Shown here: one piece after another, positions 17,288 to 26,319 of the stretch
How positions within the stretch are numbered: position 1 is the first letter of the stretch
Layout of the letters: every line of letters begins with the position of its first letter
Source: an uncultured Acidobacteriaceae bacterium
GTDB lineage: Bacteria; Acidobacteriota; Terriglobia; Terriglobales; Acidobacteriaceae
Assembly: GCA_963779525.1 (NCBI GenBank)
Contig: CAVZZB010000007.1
Coordinates: 261,578 to 325,577 of the forward strand
DNA length: 64,000 nucleotides
Direction: 5' to 3'
The notes under the pieces: model-generated
Seen by the model: the letters and a program-made list of their open reading frames with translations, nothing else
What the model was told of the DNA's origin: nothing
The model's database searches: none
Position numbers and translations under genes: made by a program

Positions 17288-19672
17288 CTACGGTGTCCCG
17301 TACAGCTGCTTGTACACGCTGGCGTTGCGCAGGATGGCCTGAACGTACTCACGGGTCTCGGTGAAGGGAATCGATTCCACGAACTCTTGCGGATCGCGAT
17401 ATTTTCCCTGAGCCAGCCATTCGTCCACGCGGTCGGATCCGGCGTTGTAGGCGGCTAGCGCGTACTCGAAGGATCCGCCAAACTTGTCGACCATGCCTCT
17501 GAAATAGCGCGTGCCTAATTGCATATTCACTGCAGGTGTATACAACTGGCTGGCACTATATCGCTTCAACTTTTCTTCCTTGGCAACGAGTTTGCCGGTC
17601 TTGGGCAGCAGTTGCATCAGGCCAACCGCATTGGCCCGCGAAACCGCATAGGGATTGAATTCCGATTCCTGGCGGATCAGCGAAGCGACGAGATAAGGAT
17701 CCAGTTCATTGGCCTCTGAAAAGCGCTTCAGATCGTTCCAGTAAGGTTTGGGGAAAAGCGCCTCCCAATATTTTCTCGGCAAATCAGGAATGTCGAGGGC
17801 AAAATAATTGGGCGCAGAATGCTTCATGTATTCGATGGCGCGGTCGTAGTGTCCAGTCTCCACGTAGAGTTGCGCCGTCTCCGCCGGCGCCCAGCTTCCC
17901 CCATCATTCGCCGCAGCCGCCTGCAATTCGCGCACGGCAAAATCGATTAGTCCACCATTGCTCAGCAGTTCTGCCTTCTGCACGTGCAGTTCATCGGTTG
18001 GCGGGTCTGACTCCGTCACTTTGCCGCTGCTGTCGAGCGGAGGGACGCGATCGAGCAAGGCATACTCGGTGGTCGCATCACCTGCGGAAGGGAGATGCTG
18101 CAATCTCTCTCTGCCTAATTCCGCATAATAGAAGTTGCGATAACGGTCGGAAAGTTTCTGGTAAAACGCCCGCGCCATGCCGAACTGGTTATCTTCCTCC
18201 GCCAGACGGGCGCGCCAATAGAGAGCTGCGGGAGTCTCTCCACCCGAAGGATAGAGCGCGATTTGCTCCTCGAAGGCTTTCTTGGCATCCTCGTTGCGGC
18301 CCTGGCGCAACGTCAACCACGCAGCTTTCCAGTGGACATAGGAAGCCCGCGGCCCATTCGGGAAGCGCACTTGAGCCTCGCGGAATGCATCGAGGGCTTG
18401 GTCATACTCGTGGTGCACGAGATGCAGGTTGGCCGCCGACAATAACGCTTGTTCGAGCCACGGACTGGTCGGATCGGCCTGCCGCAACTCATCGACGGTG
18501 CGGTAGAAGGTGTCATTGTCGTTCGCGGCAAAGGCGACTTGGCCCATCAGATACAGCCGCTGCGCGTTCACTTCGCCGCTTACTCCGCCCAGCGAATCGA
18601 GCACCTGCTTGGCGTCGCGGTTCCTGCCGCTGCGATGCAGCGCATCCGCCAGGGCAAGTTGCATCTTTGACCGATCTTCAGGGCTGGCCAGGTTCACCAG
18701 GTTGCGATATTCGTCTGCTGCCTCCGCATACCGCCGGCGGCTCAGCAATCCCTCAGCCCGGGCCTTCAGTTGAGCAGTTGTCGGCGGGGGGACGGACGGT
18801 AGCTTTCTTAGTTCGGCATAGGCCGAATCAGCCTCGACACTGCCTGGCATGGTGTAGTAAATATTCGCCAGCGTCTCAACCGCCTTCGCCGTTTGCCCGG
18901 ACGCGGCATAGGCGCGACCTAAGGAGAATTCCACATCCGAGTGAATCGGCACGCGAATCCGTTCCAGCAACGATGCCGCTTCCGCCGCTTGGCCTTCGAG
19001 CAGCAGCGCATCGGCGTAGCTCACTTGGGCGTCGCGTACCAGTAAGGAATCAGGATGCGCTTTGGCAAAGTCTGACAGGTTGGCGAGAGCTTCCGCAATG
19101 TGTCCTGTCTGCAGGTAAGAAACTCCAAGGTAGTAAGCGACGTAATCCCCCAGATCCCCAGCATGAATCTTGGCGCGGTTCAGCGGGTCAATCGCCTTGG
19201 CATACTCTTTATCCAGCACATGGGCATAGCCGAGCACGAGCCAGGCCAGCGCTCCCGCATCTTCTTTGCTGTGGGCGTGGGCGTAGGCCTGGACTCCGGC
19301 ATAAGCAGGCGGCGTACGATCCTGCAATAATTGCTCCGCCATGGGCCGGAGGCTGGCCGAGGCCACAAATGCCTGGCGCATGCGCCGGACGCGCGGAGAA
19401 ATAGTCCGCCGTCGAGCATTGGTATAGCGGCGTTTGGCGCTCTTGGAGCTCGTTTTCTTGCCTGCAGCTGTTTTCTTCGCTGGCTTCTTCTTTGTAGTGC
19501 TAGCGGCAGGAGCGTCTTGGGTCGGTTTCGCAGCAGATGCCTCGGCTTGATCCTGATGTGAGCTGGACAAACTTGGAGAAGGCATCTCCGCCGGACTCCG
19601 CAGAGCGCCAAAGGAGCTGCAGAGAACAGCAGCGGCGAGCACCCACCAACCCTTGGAAACTGATCGAACCAC
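17288..19672 (-). CDS. slt: soluble lytic murein transglycosylase (Slt70-like) with an N-terminal Lys/Ala-rich region and TPR-like superhelix
   Basis: C-terminal SLT catalytic motif IRQESEFNPYAVSRANAVGLMQLLP...AYNAG. Signal peptide present. Confidence 0.85.
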   Translation of the reverse strand: MVRSVSKGWWVLAAAVLCSSFGALRSPAEMPSPSLSSSHQDQAEASAAKPTQDAPAASTTKKKPAKKTAAGKKTSSKSAKRRYTNARRRTISPRVRRMRQAFVASASLRPMAEQLLQDRTPPAYAGVQAYAHAHSKEDAGALAWLVLGYAHVLDKEYAKAIDPLNRAKIHAGDLGDYVAYYLGVSYLQTGHIAEALANLSDFAKAHPDSLLVRDAQVSYADALLLEGQAAEAASLLERIRVPIHSDVEFSLGRAYAASGQTAKAVETLANIYYTMPGSVEADSAYAELRKLPSVPPPTTAQLKARAEGLLSRRRYAEAADEYRNLVNLASPEDRSKMQLALADALHRSGRNRDAKQVLDSLGGVSGEVNAQRLYLMGQVAFAANDNDTFYRTVDELRQADPTSPWLEQALLSAANLHLVHHEYDQALDAFREAQVRFPNGPRASYVHWKAAWLTLRQGRNEDAKKAFEEQIALYPSGGETPAALYWRARLAEEDNQFGMARAFYQKLSDRYRNFYYAELGRERLQHLPSAGDATTEYALLDRVPPLDSSGKVTESDPPTDELHVQKAELLSNGGLIDFAVRELQAAAANDGGSWAPAETAQLYVETGHYDRAIEYMKHSAPNYFALDIPDLPRKYWEALFPKPYWNDLKRFSEANELDPYLVASLIRQESEFNPYAVSRANAVGLMQLLPKTGKLVAKEEKLKRYSASQLYTPAVNMQLGTRYFRGMVDKFGGSFEYALAAYNAGSDRVDEWLAQGKYRDPQEFVESIPFTETREYVQAILRNASVYKQLYGTP

Positions 19673-19715
19673 TTTTTACTTTTCGCGTAAAGACAACTGC
19701 CAGAAATCGCAAAAG

Positions 19716-20852
19716 CTAGCGGCGGAAATTCGGCCCCATAATCGAAAGGTCGTCTTCCGCCAGACTTCGCACCAGTTCGTTCTGAAAATAATCTCCGCTG
19801 GCAGCGACCGTGCTGCCGTAGCGCTTCTGGAACGTTCCCCGGCTCTTATCGATGTCTTCCTTCAAACGGTCGTACAAATCCTTGTTACGCCGCCCCTCGG
19901 CTACTTTCGCCTGGTTATAGAGCTTGATCTCATCCACCAAAAGTCGGGCGAAGCGCTGCGCCTTGCGATGGACATCGGCATCTTCCGCAGAAAGACCGGC
20001 CAAAGGATCGGTCGCCACGGCGGGGGCAGCGGCAGCGCGGGCCGAGGCGACTTCCACCACCTCCGGTTCGGGCGCGGCCGGAGCGCTCGCGGGCACGTGC
20101 TTGGGCGTGTGAGCCGCAAAGGGATCGGAATACGAAGAAACCGTATGCACCGCGGGGGTGGCTCGCTCGACCGTGCCCGCCGGCACGTCGCCATCATCCT
20201 TAGGCGCGGCATGCTTGCGCAGCGAAATCACTTCCAACCAGGCGCTGGTCGCGAGCACCAGCAATTCCAGGGCGTCGGAGCTCAATTTGCCAGTGTCGCC
20301 GCCATCGGCGTAAACCAGAGCGGCAACCTTGTCCTTGAGCGCCAGCGGCAGGACCAGAATCTGTTCATTGTCCGGACTGCCGAACTGTCCCACGAATTGT
20401 CCGCCCATTTCTGCTATGTTTCCCGGCGTTGCCACTCGATTGTGATAGGTGTGGGACACGGGTCCGGCATTCAAATCGAGAGGGAAATCCTTCACCGCTT
20501 CCTCATCGCCGAAGCCGCGAGATTGCCATCCGGAGGCCGCTCCAGCTTTCACGACGAACAGCGCGATGCGAGCGCAGTGCTCGCTGCCAGCGTCCAACAG
20601 AGCCCGCAGGACTTCCTTCTGCGTAGACCCCGCATGAATCTTCGAAACCGCATCAACCAGGCCGCTGGAGCCGTCTTGCGGGATACCGCGAGGTTCACTG
20701 ACGGGAACCGGCAACGCCTCGAAAACCTGCTTAGCAATCTGCTCTTCTAATTGTGGGAGTTGGTCCCGAAGGGCTTGGGAAACGGCGCGCGCTACGATCT
20801 GTTCAATCTCAGCTGAGTGCCCCTCGTTCTGTTTCCGATTCGATTCCGCCAT
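19716..20852 (-). CDS. hypothetical protein: coiled N-terminus, GAF-like middle, Ala/Pro linker, conserved-looking basic C-terminal domain
   Basis: 378-aa ORF with normal composition, unlike the Arg-rich antisense ORF. It ends 44 nt upstream of slt on the same strand. Confidence 0.6.
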   Translation of the reverse strand: MAESNRKQNEGHSAEIEQIVARAVSQALRDQLPQLEEQIAKQVFEALPVPVSEPRGIPQDGSSGLVDAVSKIHAGSTQKEVLRALLDAGSEHCARIALFVVKAGAASGWQSRGFGDEEAVKDFPLDLNAGPVSHTYHNRVATPGNIAEMGGQFVGQFGSPDNEQILVLPLALKDKVAALVYADGGDTGKLSSDALELLVLATSAWLEVISLRKHAAPKDDGDVPAGTVERATPAVHTVSSYSDPFAAHTPKHVPASAPAAPEPEVVEVASARAAAAPAVATDPLAGLSAEDADVHRKAQRFARLLVDEIKLYNQAKVAEGRRNKDLYDRLKEDIDKSRGTFQKRYGSTVAASGDYFQNELVRSLAEDDLSIMGPNFRR

Positions 20853-21105
20853 GCCTGAAGACCGTTTTCCCTGTAGAATCGCGTCCGTTCGTCTTGCGCA
20901 GCCGAAAGGCCGTCCCTAACTGCTGATTATACGGCACTTGGGGGACTGTCCCAGAGTACGTCAGGACGTGTTCGACCGCGTCAACTCTTCTGTTCGACTG
21001 TATCGTAAACCTCATTGCGCCGAAACTGGAAACCGATTGGGCAAACACTCCGGTTACCAAGTAGAATAACAGCTGAACTTTTTCGGTTGCAGTGCTACGG
21101 GTCAT

Positions 21106-21129
21106 TGTCCGCAAATCGCTGTCCGCAAA
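21106..21129 (+). repeat. direct repeat TGTCCGCAAA x2 (4-nt spacer) in the leader of the ECF sigma gene
   Basis: Exact 10-mers at 21106-21115 and 21120-21129, about 20 nt upstream of the ATG at 21149. Confidence 0.6.
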
Positions 21130-21148
21130 ATACTGCATCGTCGAGAGA

Positions 21149-21778
21149 ATGGGAGCCATCCAAAACAAACTAGAAGAGCCTGTCAGTGATGAACTGGCAT
21201 TGGTGCGTGCGGCCAAGCAAGGCGATGACTCCGCTTTCGAGGAGTTGGTTCGCCGCTACGATCGCAACGTCTTCCGGATTGCGCAACACATCACACAAAA
21301 CCGCGAGGATGCGGAAGATGTGGTGCAGGAGGCGTTTCTCAAGGCCTATAGCAACCTGGCGAAGTTCCAGGAGCAGTCGAAGTTTTATACGTGGCTGGTG
21401 CGCATTGCCGTCAACGAAGCGTTGATGAAATTGCGCCGCAAGAAGCCGGAGCGTACGGTTTCGCTGGACGAGGATATTAAAACGGAAGACGATTCGCTTC
21501 CGCGGGAGATCGCGGATTGGAGTCCGAATCCGGAACAACAATATACCCAGGCGGAATTACGCGAGATATTAAGTAAAACGATCCAAGGCCTTCCCCCAGG
21601 GTTTCGGACCGTGTTTGTACTCAGGGACGTGGAAGGATTGTCCACCGAGGAAACTGCGGCGGCACTGGAATTGAGCGTGCCGGCAGTGAAATCGAGGCTG
21701 TTGCGCGCGCGTTTGCAGCTTCGGGAGCGGTTAGGACGGTACTTTCAGAAACGCGAGAGTGGAGATGGCGAACAGTGA
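21149..21778 (+). CDS. ECF-type RNA polymerase sigma-70 factor
   Basis: Region 2 (FEELVRRYDRNVFRIA...DAEDVVQEAFLKAY) and region 4 (FRTVFVLRDVEGLSTEETAAALELSVPAVKSRL). Confidence 0.85.
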   Translation: MGAIQNKLEEPVSDELALVRAAKQGDDSAFEELVRRYDRNVFRIAQHITQNREDAEDVVQEAFLKAYSNLAKFQEQSKFYTWLVRIAVNEALMKLRRKKPERTVSLDEDIKTEDDSLPREIADWSPNPEQQYTQAELREILSKTIQGLPPGFRTVFVLRDVEGLSTEETAAALELSVPAVKSRLLRARLQLRERLGRYFQKRESGDGEQ

Positions 21779-22032
21779 AATGCTCTGATTTTTTGCTCGA
21801 GCTGACCAATTATTTGGACGGCGTCCTCGACGAACCCACAAAGGTTGAACTGGAAAATCATCTTTCCTGGTGCCACAACTGTTACGTGGTCTGCGACACG
21901 ACCAAGAAGACCATTGAGATCTATCGCGATTCCCAACTCTACGAATTGCCCGAAGATCTCCGCACCCGTCTTCGTTCGGCCATCATGACCAAGTGCCAGC
22001 AGCACAAGAAGCGTGGTCCGGAGAGCGTGTAG
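21775..22032 (+). CDS. soluble zinc-binding anti-sigma factor (zf-HC2 / ZAS type)
   Basis: H-x3-C-x2-C motif (HLSWCHNC). The GTGA start overlaps the sigma stop. No TM segment. Confidence 0.7.
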   Translation: MKCSDFLLELTNYLDGVLDEPTKVELENHLSWCHNCYVVCDTTKKTIEIYRDSQLYELPEDLRTRLRSAIMTKCQQHKKRGPESV

Positions 22033-22112
22033 ACGCCTCTTTTAATCCTCAATTTCACAGCAACCCCTAGCCCGGGATCGCATATAATGAGCATCACGCC
22101 TCGGGGTGCAGT

Positions 22113-23195
22113 ATGCGATGCCTTAGGAGCAGAGCTCTTCTCGCCTTCCTGATTCTCTCCACGTCCTCTCTGCTTTCCGGCCAGCTCCGAACTGCGCAGT
22201 CGGATTCCGCGAAAGCCGCTGGCGACCAAGCTACAGCAGCGGTTCCAGCTCCGATTTCACCCAACGCGCCCCGTATGGCGAAGCAGACCCGTTACGAAAT
22301 CATTCGCGACTTCGAGACCCAGCTGGTTTACGCTCGCACGGCTTTCCCGATGGGCACGAAGGGTCTGCAACTCAAGCAGGGCGTGATCACTCCAAACGGC
22401 GAGGAATTACAGCAGGCGCTCAACCTCTGGGGCCCGGCGATAAAGCCGGGAGATCCCGCACGCATTTCTTTTGTTCAGATCAAGAACGATCACATTCATT
22501 TCGAGATTAATGGCGGCCCGATTCGCAGACAGAAGTGGTATCAACGCGTACAGGTCTCCGGGACCTACGGTCAGCCAGTGACGGGCGGGGAGGGTCCGCA
22601 ATCCAACCCGCATGGCTCCTATGTTGACCTTTATTTCTACAAGTATGTTCCCGAGATGAACATCGCACAGTTGCGCAATTTACTGTTTCCGGTTCTCGAC
22701 TTTACCGCTCGCAACAAGGAACAAGCGTATCTGGACTCTGTTCCTCCGAAAGTGAAAGAAGCGATCCAGGCGCATCACGTGCTCGTGGGCATGAATCAGG
22801 AGATGGTGCTGCACGCCAAGGGCAAGCCGCCAAAAAAGGTGAGGGAACGAGAGGGCGAGACGGATTACGAAGAATGGATTTATGGGGAGGCCCCGGCTGA
22901 TGTCGACTTCGTTCGCTTCGTGGGTGATGAGGTGGTCCGGGTGGAGACCATGAAAGTGGACGGCACGAAGATCGTGCGCACGCAGAGAGAAATCGTCCTG
23001 GACCAGCCGGACAAGAATAAAGAGGCGAAAAAGGAGGAGCAGCAGCCAGTGAATGCTCCGAGCCTCAGGCGTCCGGGCGAGGATTCACAAGACGTGCCCA
23101 AGCCCGCAGATGGGGCTGCCCCGCCGCCTATGATGCCGCCGCCGGACTTGCCCCAGCCTCCGAGCGGACCGGGCGGGATGGTGGCCACGCGGTAA
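22113..23195 (+). CDS. hypothetical secreted protein with a BamE/SmpA-like segment and a Pro-rich tail
   Basis: Signal peptide LLAFLILSTSSLLSG. The segment GMNQEMVLHAKGKPP...EEWIYG resembles the SmpA/OmlA fold. Confidence 0.6.
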   Translation: MRCLRSRALLAFLILSTSSLLSGQLRTAQSDSAKAAGDQATAAVPAPISPNAPRMAKQTRYEIIRDFETQLVYARTAFPMGTKGLQLKQGVITPNGEELQQALNLWGPAIKPGDPARISFVQIKNDHIHFEINGGPIRRQKWYQRVQVSGTYGQPVTGGEGPQSNPHGSYVDLYFYKYVPEMNIAQLRNLLFPVLDFTARNKEQAYLDSVPPKVKEAIQAHHVLVGMNQEMVLHAKGKPPKKVREREGETDYEEWIYGEAPADVDFVRFVGDEVVRVETMKVDGTKIVRTQREIVLDQPDKNKEAKKEEQQPVNAPSLRRPGEDSQDVPKPADGAAPPPMMPPPDLPQPPSGPGGMVATR

Positions 23196-23236
23196 GGCCG
23201 CCACTGTCGCCAAGTTCCTCCAAGGCCCGACGAGAG

Positions 23237-24223
23237 TTATTTCATCGCGACCGCTGCCCCTATGTCAGCAAACGAGAAGGCTAAGGATACATTCGGATAC
23301 TCTCGTCCATCGACTTCCACATAGGGATAGACAAAATAATTGATCGGCTTACCATCCTGCGGAGGATTCAAGCGCAGGTCGCGGCCCATGCTGAACTGCA
23401 CCCGGTTCACATCGTGCGAACCGAAAAAGTAGTCGTGCCTCTCGGGATGCTTCCAGGCTTCGGAAATGTCGACCGGAATCCAGCCCTTGCCATCGATGTA
23501 GAAATCCGACCAGCAGTGATAGCCGGCAATTTCAGCAGAATGCTTATCCGAAGGTAGCGGAAATCCGATCTCAAAGCGCGCGGGTATGCCCTGGGAACGG
23601 GCCATGGCAATGAATAAGGAATGGAAATCAGTGCAATTGCCCTTCTTCGCATCACAGGCATAGAGAACGTCGCCATGCCCCCAGCCAGTGCCGGTCTTGT
23701 CGTAGCGCATGGTGGTGAACACGTAGTCGTAGATCGCACGAGCCTTCTCCAGCGGCTGAGTCTTGCCTCGGGTAACTTTCGCAGCGAGATCGGCAGGCAG
23801 GCCGGTAACCGGTACCAGCGCGTCGGGCTGAAGATCCTGCCGCTTCTCTGCGGATGAGAGTGAAACTGAAATTACATGGGCCGCCGATCCGAGCGCCAGG
23901 CGCTCGTGGCGTGTCACTTCATATTCGATATCGAAGTGCAACTCCGGCTGCGCCGCAACAGTTTCCGCATAATAAATCTGATTTCCGTACTTTGATTCGC
24001 TGGTTTGCTTCAAAGGCAAATCGCCGCGTGCAGAGACCACTTTTACTTCCTGATAGGCGTCCGAGTGCGCCTCGGGGATCCAGATGCGAATTTTTTGTCC
24101 GGCGGGAACGTTCTTCACTGTGAAGGCGTAGTGAAAGGTGAAGTGACGGGAATCCTGGGCGGCGGCGAGTGACAGGGCCGCGGCGAAGATCACAGAGCCG
24201 AGTAAGCAAAGCTTGCGTAGCAT
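23237..24223 (-). CDS. transglutaminase-like cysteine protease-fold protein, secreted
   Basis: Catalytic Cys context GNCTDFHSLFIAMARSQGIPAR plus downstream H/D residues. Signal peptide present. Confidence 0.8.
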   Translation of the reverse strand: MLRKLCLLGSVIFAAALSLAAAQDSRHFTFHYAFTVKNVPAGQKIRIWIPEAHSDAYQEVKVVSARGDLPLKQTSESKYGNQIYYAETVAAQPELHFDIEYEVTRHERLALGSAAHVISVSLSSAEKRQDLQPDALVPVTGLPADLAAKVTRGKTQPLEKARAIYDYVFTTMRYDKTGTGWGHGDVLYACDAKKGNCTDFHSLFIAMARSQGIPARFEIGFPLPSDKHSAEIAGYHCWSDFYIDGKGWIPVDISEAWKHPERHDYFFGSHDVNRVQFSMGRDLRLNPPQDGKPINYFVYPYVEVDGREYPNVSLAFSFADIGAAVAMK

Positions 24224-24480
24224 AGGCGACTTCTTTCCATGTTCTCAACGGAGAACGGGAGAACTCATGGCTGGTTGAAACGACACACGAGTCGCTTAGG
24301 GGGTGCGCCGTCAAGTGAAGCCGCGCTTGGGGATGCGCATGAGAAAAAAGATGCCGAACATAGATTCGGCGATGCGCTATTTTAACAGGATGACCGGCAT
24401 GGAAGCTGGAGCCTGCGAACTACCGCAATCCGGTCAAGTCGGTGCATCCGCGCGTTCCATAATTTCGCTAAAATGCCTGC

Positions 24481-25413
24481 ATGCCCATCGCCATCCAATG
24501 CCGCGACCTGCGCAAGACCTACGACGGCAAGGTCGAGGCAGTGCGCGGCCTGAATCTCCAGATCCAGGCGGGAGAATGCTTCGGACTGCTCGGTCCCAAC
24601 GGGGCAGGGAAGACCACGACCATCGAAATTCTTGAAGGCTTGCTGGAGCCGACTTCGGGCGAGGTCTCGATTCTTGGGCATAGCTGGCATGAGGATGCGC
24701 GCGAGATGCGGGAGTGGCTGGGCATTTCGCTGCAGGAGACGCGTCTATCCGAGAAACTGACCGTGCGCGAAACCGTGGAGCTGTTTGCCAGCTTCTATCG
24801 CGAACCGCGTTCGTCCGATGAGGTGCTTGAGCAGTTGCAATTGACCGAGAAAGCCGACGCCTGGGTGGGTAAGCTTTCCGGCGGACAGAGGCAGCGGCTG
24901 GCGGTGGCAACGGCGCTGGTTTGCAATCCGAAAATTCTTTTTCTGGACGAGCCGACCACCGGCCTTGATCCGCAGAGCCGGCGTCAACTCTGGGACATTA
25001 TTCGCGAGTTTCAACGCGACGGCGGCACCGTGCTGCTCACCACGCATTACATGGATGAGGCCGAGCGCCTCTGCGACCGGCTGGCGATCGTCGATCACGG
25101 ACAGGTCATTGCCGAGGGTTCGCCCGCGGATTTGATTGAGCGGCTGGGCGGTCATCACGTGGTGGAGTTTGCCGTGAGCGGGAATTCTGACGGCGCCGCC
25201 CTCGAGGTTTGGCGTGCTTTGCCCAGCGTGGAATCTGTTCGCGAGGACGATGGCATGTTGTCGCTCAATGTGAAGGAGCCGCACTTGGCTATTCCGGCGC
25301 TGTTGGATGCGCTGGGGAAGCGGGGAAGTGAGTTGCAGCACTTGACTACGCGTCAGGCAAGTTTGGAAGATGTGTTTGTGCGGCTGACCGGCCGGCATTT
25401 GCGAGAAGAGTGA
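24481..25413 (+). CDS. ABC transporter ATP-binding protein (ABC-2/DrrA-like exporter type)
   Basis: Walker A GPNGAGKTT, signature LSGGQRQR, Walker B ILFLDEPTTGLD. Confidence 0.9.
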   Translation: MPIAIQCRDLRKTYDGKVEAVRGLNLQIQAGECFGLLGPNGAGKTTTIEILEGLLEPTSGEVSILGHSWHEDAREMREWLGISLQETRLSEKLTVRETVELFASFYREPRSSDEVLEQLQLTEKADAWVGKLSGGQRQRLAVATALVCNPKILFLDEPTTGLDPQSRRQLWDIIREFQRDGGTVLLTTHYMDEAERLCDRLAIVDHGQVIAEGSPADLIERLGGHHVVEFAVSGNSDGAALEVWRALPSVESVREDDGMLSLNVKEPHLAIPALLDALGKRGSELQHLTTRQASLEDVFVRLTGRHLREE

Positions 25414-25414
25414 C

Positions 25415-26308
25415 ATGAGGTCGTTGAGGATGCACACGAATGTGAGGGGATATTTTCGTTGCGTAATTTTTCTGGCCGGAATGACGGCCCCGATGTTTGC
25501 TGGAGAGTATGCCTTCACGCAGACTCCGGCGGCTAGCCCAAGGGCCGAGTTTGCTCCGCTCGAGCAGTGGAGGGTCGCGGTTCTCGCGGGAGACGCTGCG
25601 ACCTTAAAGGCTCTCTACAGCACTGACCCGGCGCCGAAAGTTCAGGCGAACGGGATCTTCACCAGCGCGGATGCCGACGTGAATTTCTGGCTGGCCCTGA
25701 AGGCAACAGGCATGCAATTGAAAACGGTTGCCGTACTGGACCGCCCTTGGGGCACAAGCGTGGTTTTCAAAGCTGAAGTGCAATTGCCGGATGGCCAGAC
25801 TCTGAACGTAACCGATGGCCAAGGCTGGAAAAAACAGGGAGACCAGTGGCGACTGATCAGCTCGGAGCGAGCCGATGCACCTCATCTGAAACAGCCTTCC
25901 GACATGAACAAGTATATCTATCCGGCGAATGCGGACGCACACGCAGAGATCAAGAAAGCCGAGGAGCAAGCCGCAGCCGAGCACAAGCGGGTGCTGCTGG
26001 TTTTCGGGGCTAATTGGTGTTACGACTGCCACGTGCTCGATCTGGCCTTCCACCGGCCCGACTTCGCATTGGTGATGGCGGGCTATGAAGTGGTGCATAT
26101 CGATTTAGGGCCAGATGAAAAAAAGAATGCCGACCTTGTGAATCAGTTCGATATCCCGTTGAATAAGGGCATTCCCGCCTTGGCAGTCGTTGAGAGCAAT
26201 GGCAAGCTGGTCGTGAGCCAGAAGAATGGTGAATTCGAAGACGCACGATCGCTCACGCCGCAAGTGTTGCTGGAGTTCCTGAATAAATGGAAGCCGGAAG
26301 CACGGTAG
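25415..26308 (+). CDS. secreted two-domain protein: NTF2-like/DUF4440-like N-domain plus a thioredoxin-fold domain with a WCYDC motif
   Basis: Signal-like N-terminus. VLLVFGANWCYDCHVLD CxxC motif. Starts 1 nt after the ATPase stop. Confidence 0.7.
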   Translation: MRSLRMHTNVRGYFRCVIFLAGMTAPMFAGEYAFTQTPAASPRAEFAPLEQWRVAVLAGDAATLKALYSTDPAPKVQANGIFTSADADVNFWLALKATGMQLKTVAVLDRPWGTSVVFKAEVQLPDGQTLNVTDGQGWKKQGDQWRLISSERADAPHLKQPSDMNKYIYPANADAHAEIKKAEEQAAAEHKRVLLVFGANWCYDCHVLDLAFHRPDFALVMAGYEVVHIDLGPDEKKNADLVNQFDIPLNKGIPALAVVESNGKLVVSQKNGEFEDARSLTPQVLLEFLNKWKPEAR

Positions 26309-26319
26309 GAAATCGTCCT

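Noticed and set aside
17998-19404. 468-aa ORF on the plus strand
   Set aside because: It is entirely antisense to the well-supported slt gene. The product is extremely Arg/Pro/Ser-rich with no motifs, a typical shadow ORF in GC-rich DNA.
19653-20750. 365-aa ORF on the plus strand opposite the 378-aa hypothetical gene
   Set aside because: It has Arg/Gly-rich low-complexity composition and crosses the slt / upstream-gene junction. The minus-strand ORF has protein-like composition and operon logic.
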